Source of the DNA: Anaerolineales bacterium
GTDB lineage: Bacteria; Chloroflexota; Anaerolineae; Anaerolineales; DRMV01
Reading direction: 5' to 3'
NCBI GenBank assembly: GCA_026985995.1
Contig: JALSPJ010000102.1
Location: 1 to 42,792 of the forward strand
DNA: 42,792 bases
The position numbers and the translations under genes were made by a program. This document shows, in pieces, positions 42,242 through 42,792 of this stretch. Under the pieces are notes generated by a model. It saw nothing but the letters and a program-made list of their open reading frames with translations. It ran no database searches and was not told the DNA's origin. Position 1 is the stretch's first letter. The number at the start of each line of letters is the position of its first letter.

Positions 42242-42792
42242 TCACCCTTTGACCACGGCCACAGGGCGCAGGCGGGCCACCTTGCGGGCCAGGCCCGCGC
42301 CCACCACGGTTTCCACCACCGCGTCCACATCTTTGTACGCGAAGGGCGCTTCTTCGGCCAGGCCGCGCAGGGAACCGGCCCGCACCCGAATGCCCTCGCC
42401 TTCCAGCTCCCGGCGCAGAACCTCCCCGCGCACGGTCTTCTTGGCTTTGGCCCGGCTCATCACCCGCCCCGCGCCGTGGCACGACGAGCCGAAGGACTTC
42501 TTCATGCTGCCCTCCGCGCCCACCAGCACCCACGACGCGGTGCCCATGCTGCCGGGCACCAGCACCGGCTGGCCAATGTCCCGATACTCCTCGGGCAGGC
42601 CGGCCGCGCCCGGCGGGAAGGCGCGGGTAGCGCCCTTGCGGTGCACTACCACCTTCACCCGCCGGCCGTCTACAGTGTGCACTTCCACCTTGCCGATGTT
42701 GTGGGCCAGGTCATACACCTGGCGGGGGTACCACTCCCGCTGGGGGGCCTTACCGGCGAAAGTTTCCTCAAAGGCCCGGCGCACGAAGTGGG
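42242..42792 (-). CDS. rtcB: RNA ligase RtcB (C-terminal part; the gene runs off the window)
   Basis: [16 protein letters not shown]...[12 protein letters not shown] (catalytic His region) and the C-terminal [12 protein letters not shown]. Confidence 0.9.
   Translation of the reverse strand, partial: HFVRRAFEETFAGKAPQREWYPRQVYDLAHNIGKVEVHTVDGRRVKVVVHRKGATRAFPPGAAGLPEEYRDIGQPVLVPGSMGTASWVLVGAEGSMKKSFGSSCHGAGRVMSRAKAKKTVRGEVLRRELEGEGIRVRAGSLRGLAEEAPFAYKDVDAVVETVVGAGLARKVARLRPVAVVKG

Overview
High-GC bacterial chromosomal segment, mostly housekeeping genes. The six-frame track is dominated by GC-driven shadow ORFs, so calls rest on recognisable protein motifs, Shine-Dalgarno spacing and ATGA start/stop coupling. 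Called left to right: lepA, a single-domain response regulator, tRNA-Val(TAC), tmRNA with terminator, CPBP protease, obg, a LysM protein, trmI, a CoA-pyrophosphatase-type Nudix, a CoA-transferase, ald, ndk, a giant 1878-aa TPR/acidic-repeat protein, a SWIM zinc-finger protein, a RibD-C reductase, a BchC-like MDR oxidoreductase, a GATase1, a TPR protein, an HxxEH protein-holA-PLD-LysM operon, a membrane protein, a secreted HExxH metalloprotease, an alpha/beta hydrolase, a CobB-type sirtuin, an orphan merA, a small membrane protein, initiator tRNA-fMet with a consensus promoter and terminator, nusA-ylxR-infB-rbfA-nrnA-truB, a DUF4332 protein, a CitE-like lyase, an LbH acyltransferase, a lipoprotein, and partial rtcB. 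I saw no transposase, integrase, CRISPR array, restriction-modification, toxin-antitoxin or recognised defence genes. The most unusual signal is a ~3.6 kb in-frame repeat array inside the giant gene. It holds 23 modules, each carrying a 21-nt palindrome (9-bp stem, 3-nt loop) that encodes RGEALPRP. A sharply bounded 60-nt block of that module recurs 58/60 identical, in frame, in the C-terminal tail of nusA about 20 kb away. This suggests either an in-frame palindromic coding element or ectopic gene conversion between the two genes. Secondary signals are a modular non-coding repeat family (53-127 and 25585-25975), heptad/G-run tracts upstream of two genes, an AT-rich inverted-repeat-flanked insert between convergent genes, and palindromes between -10 boxes and ribosome-binding sites. 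All similarity statements are hand alignments or motif recognition; no database search was possible.
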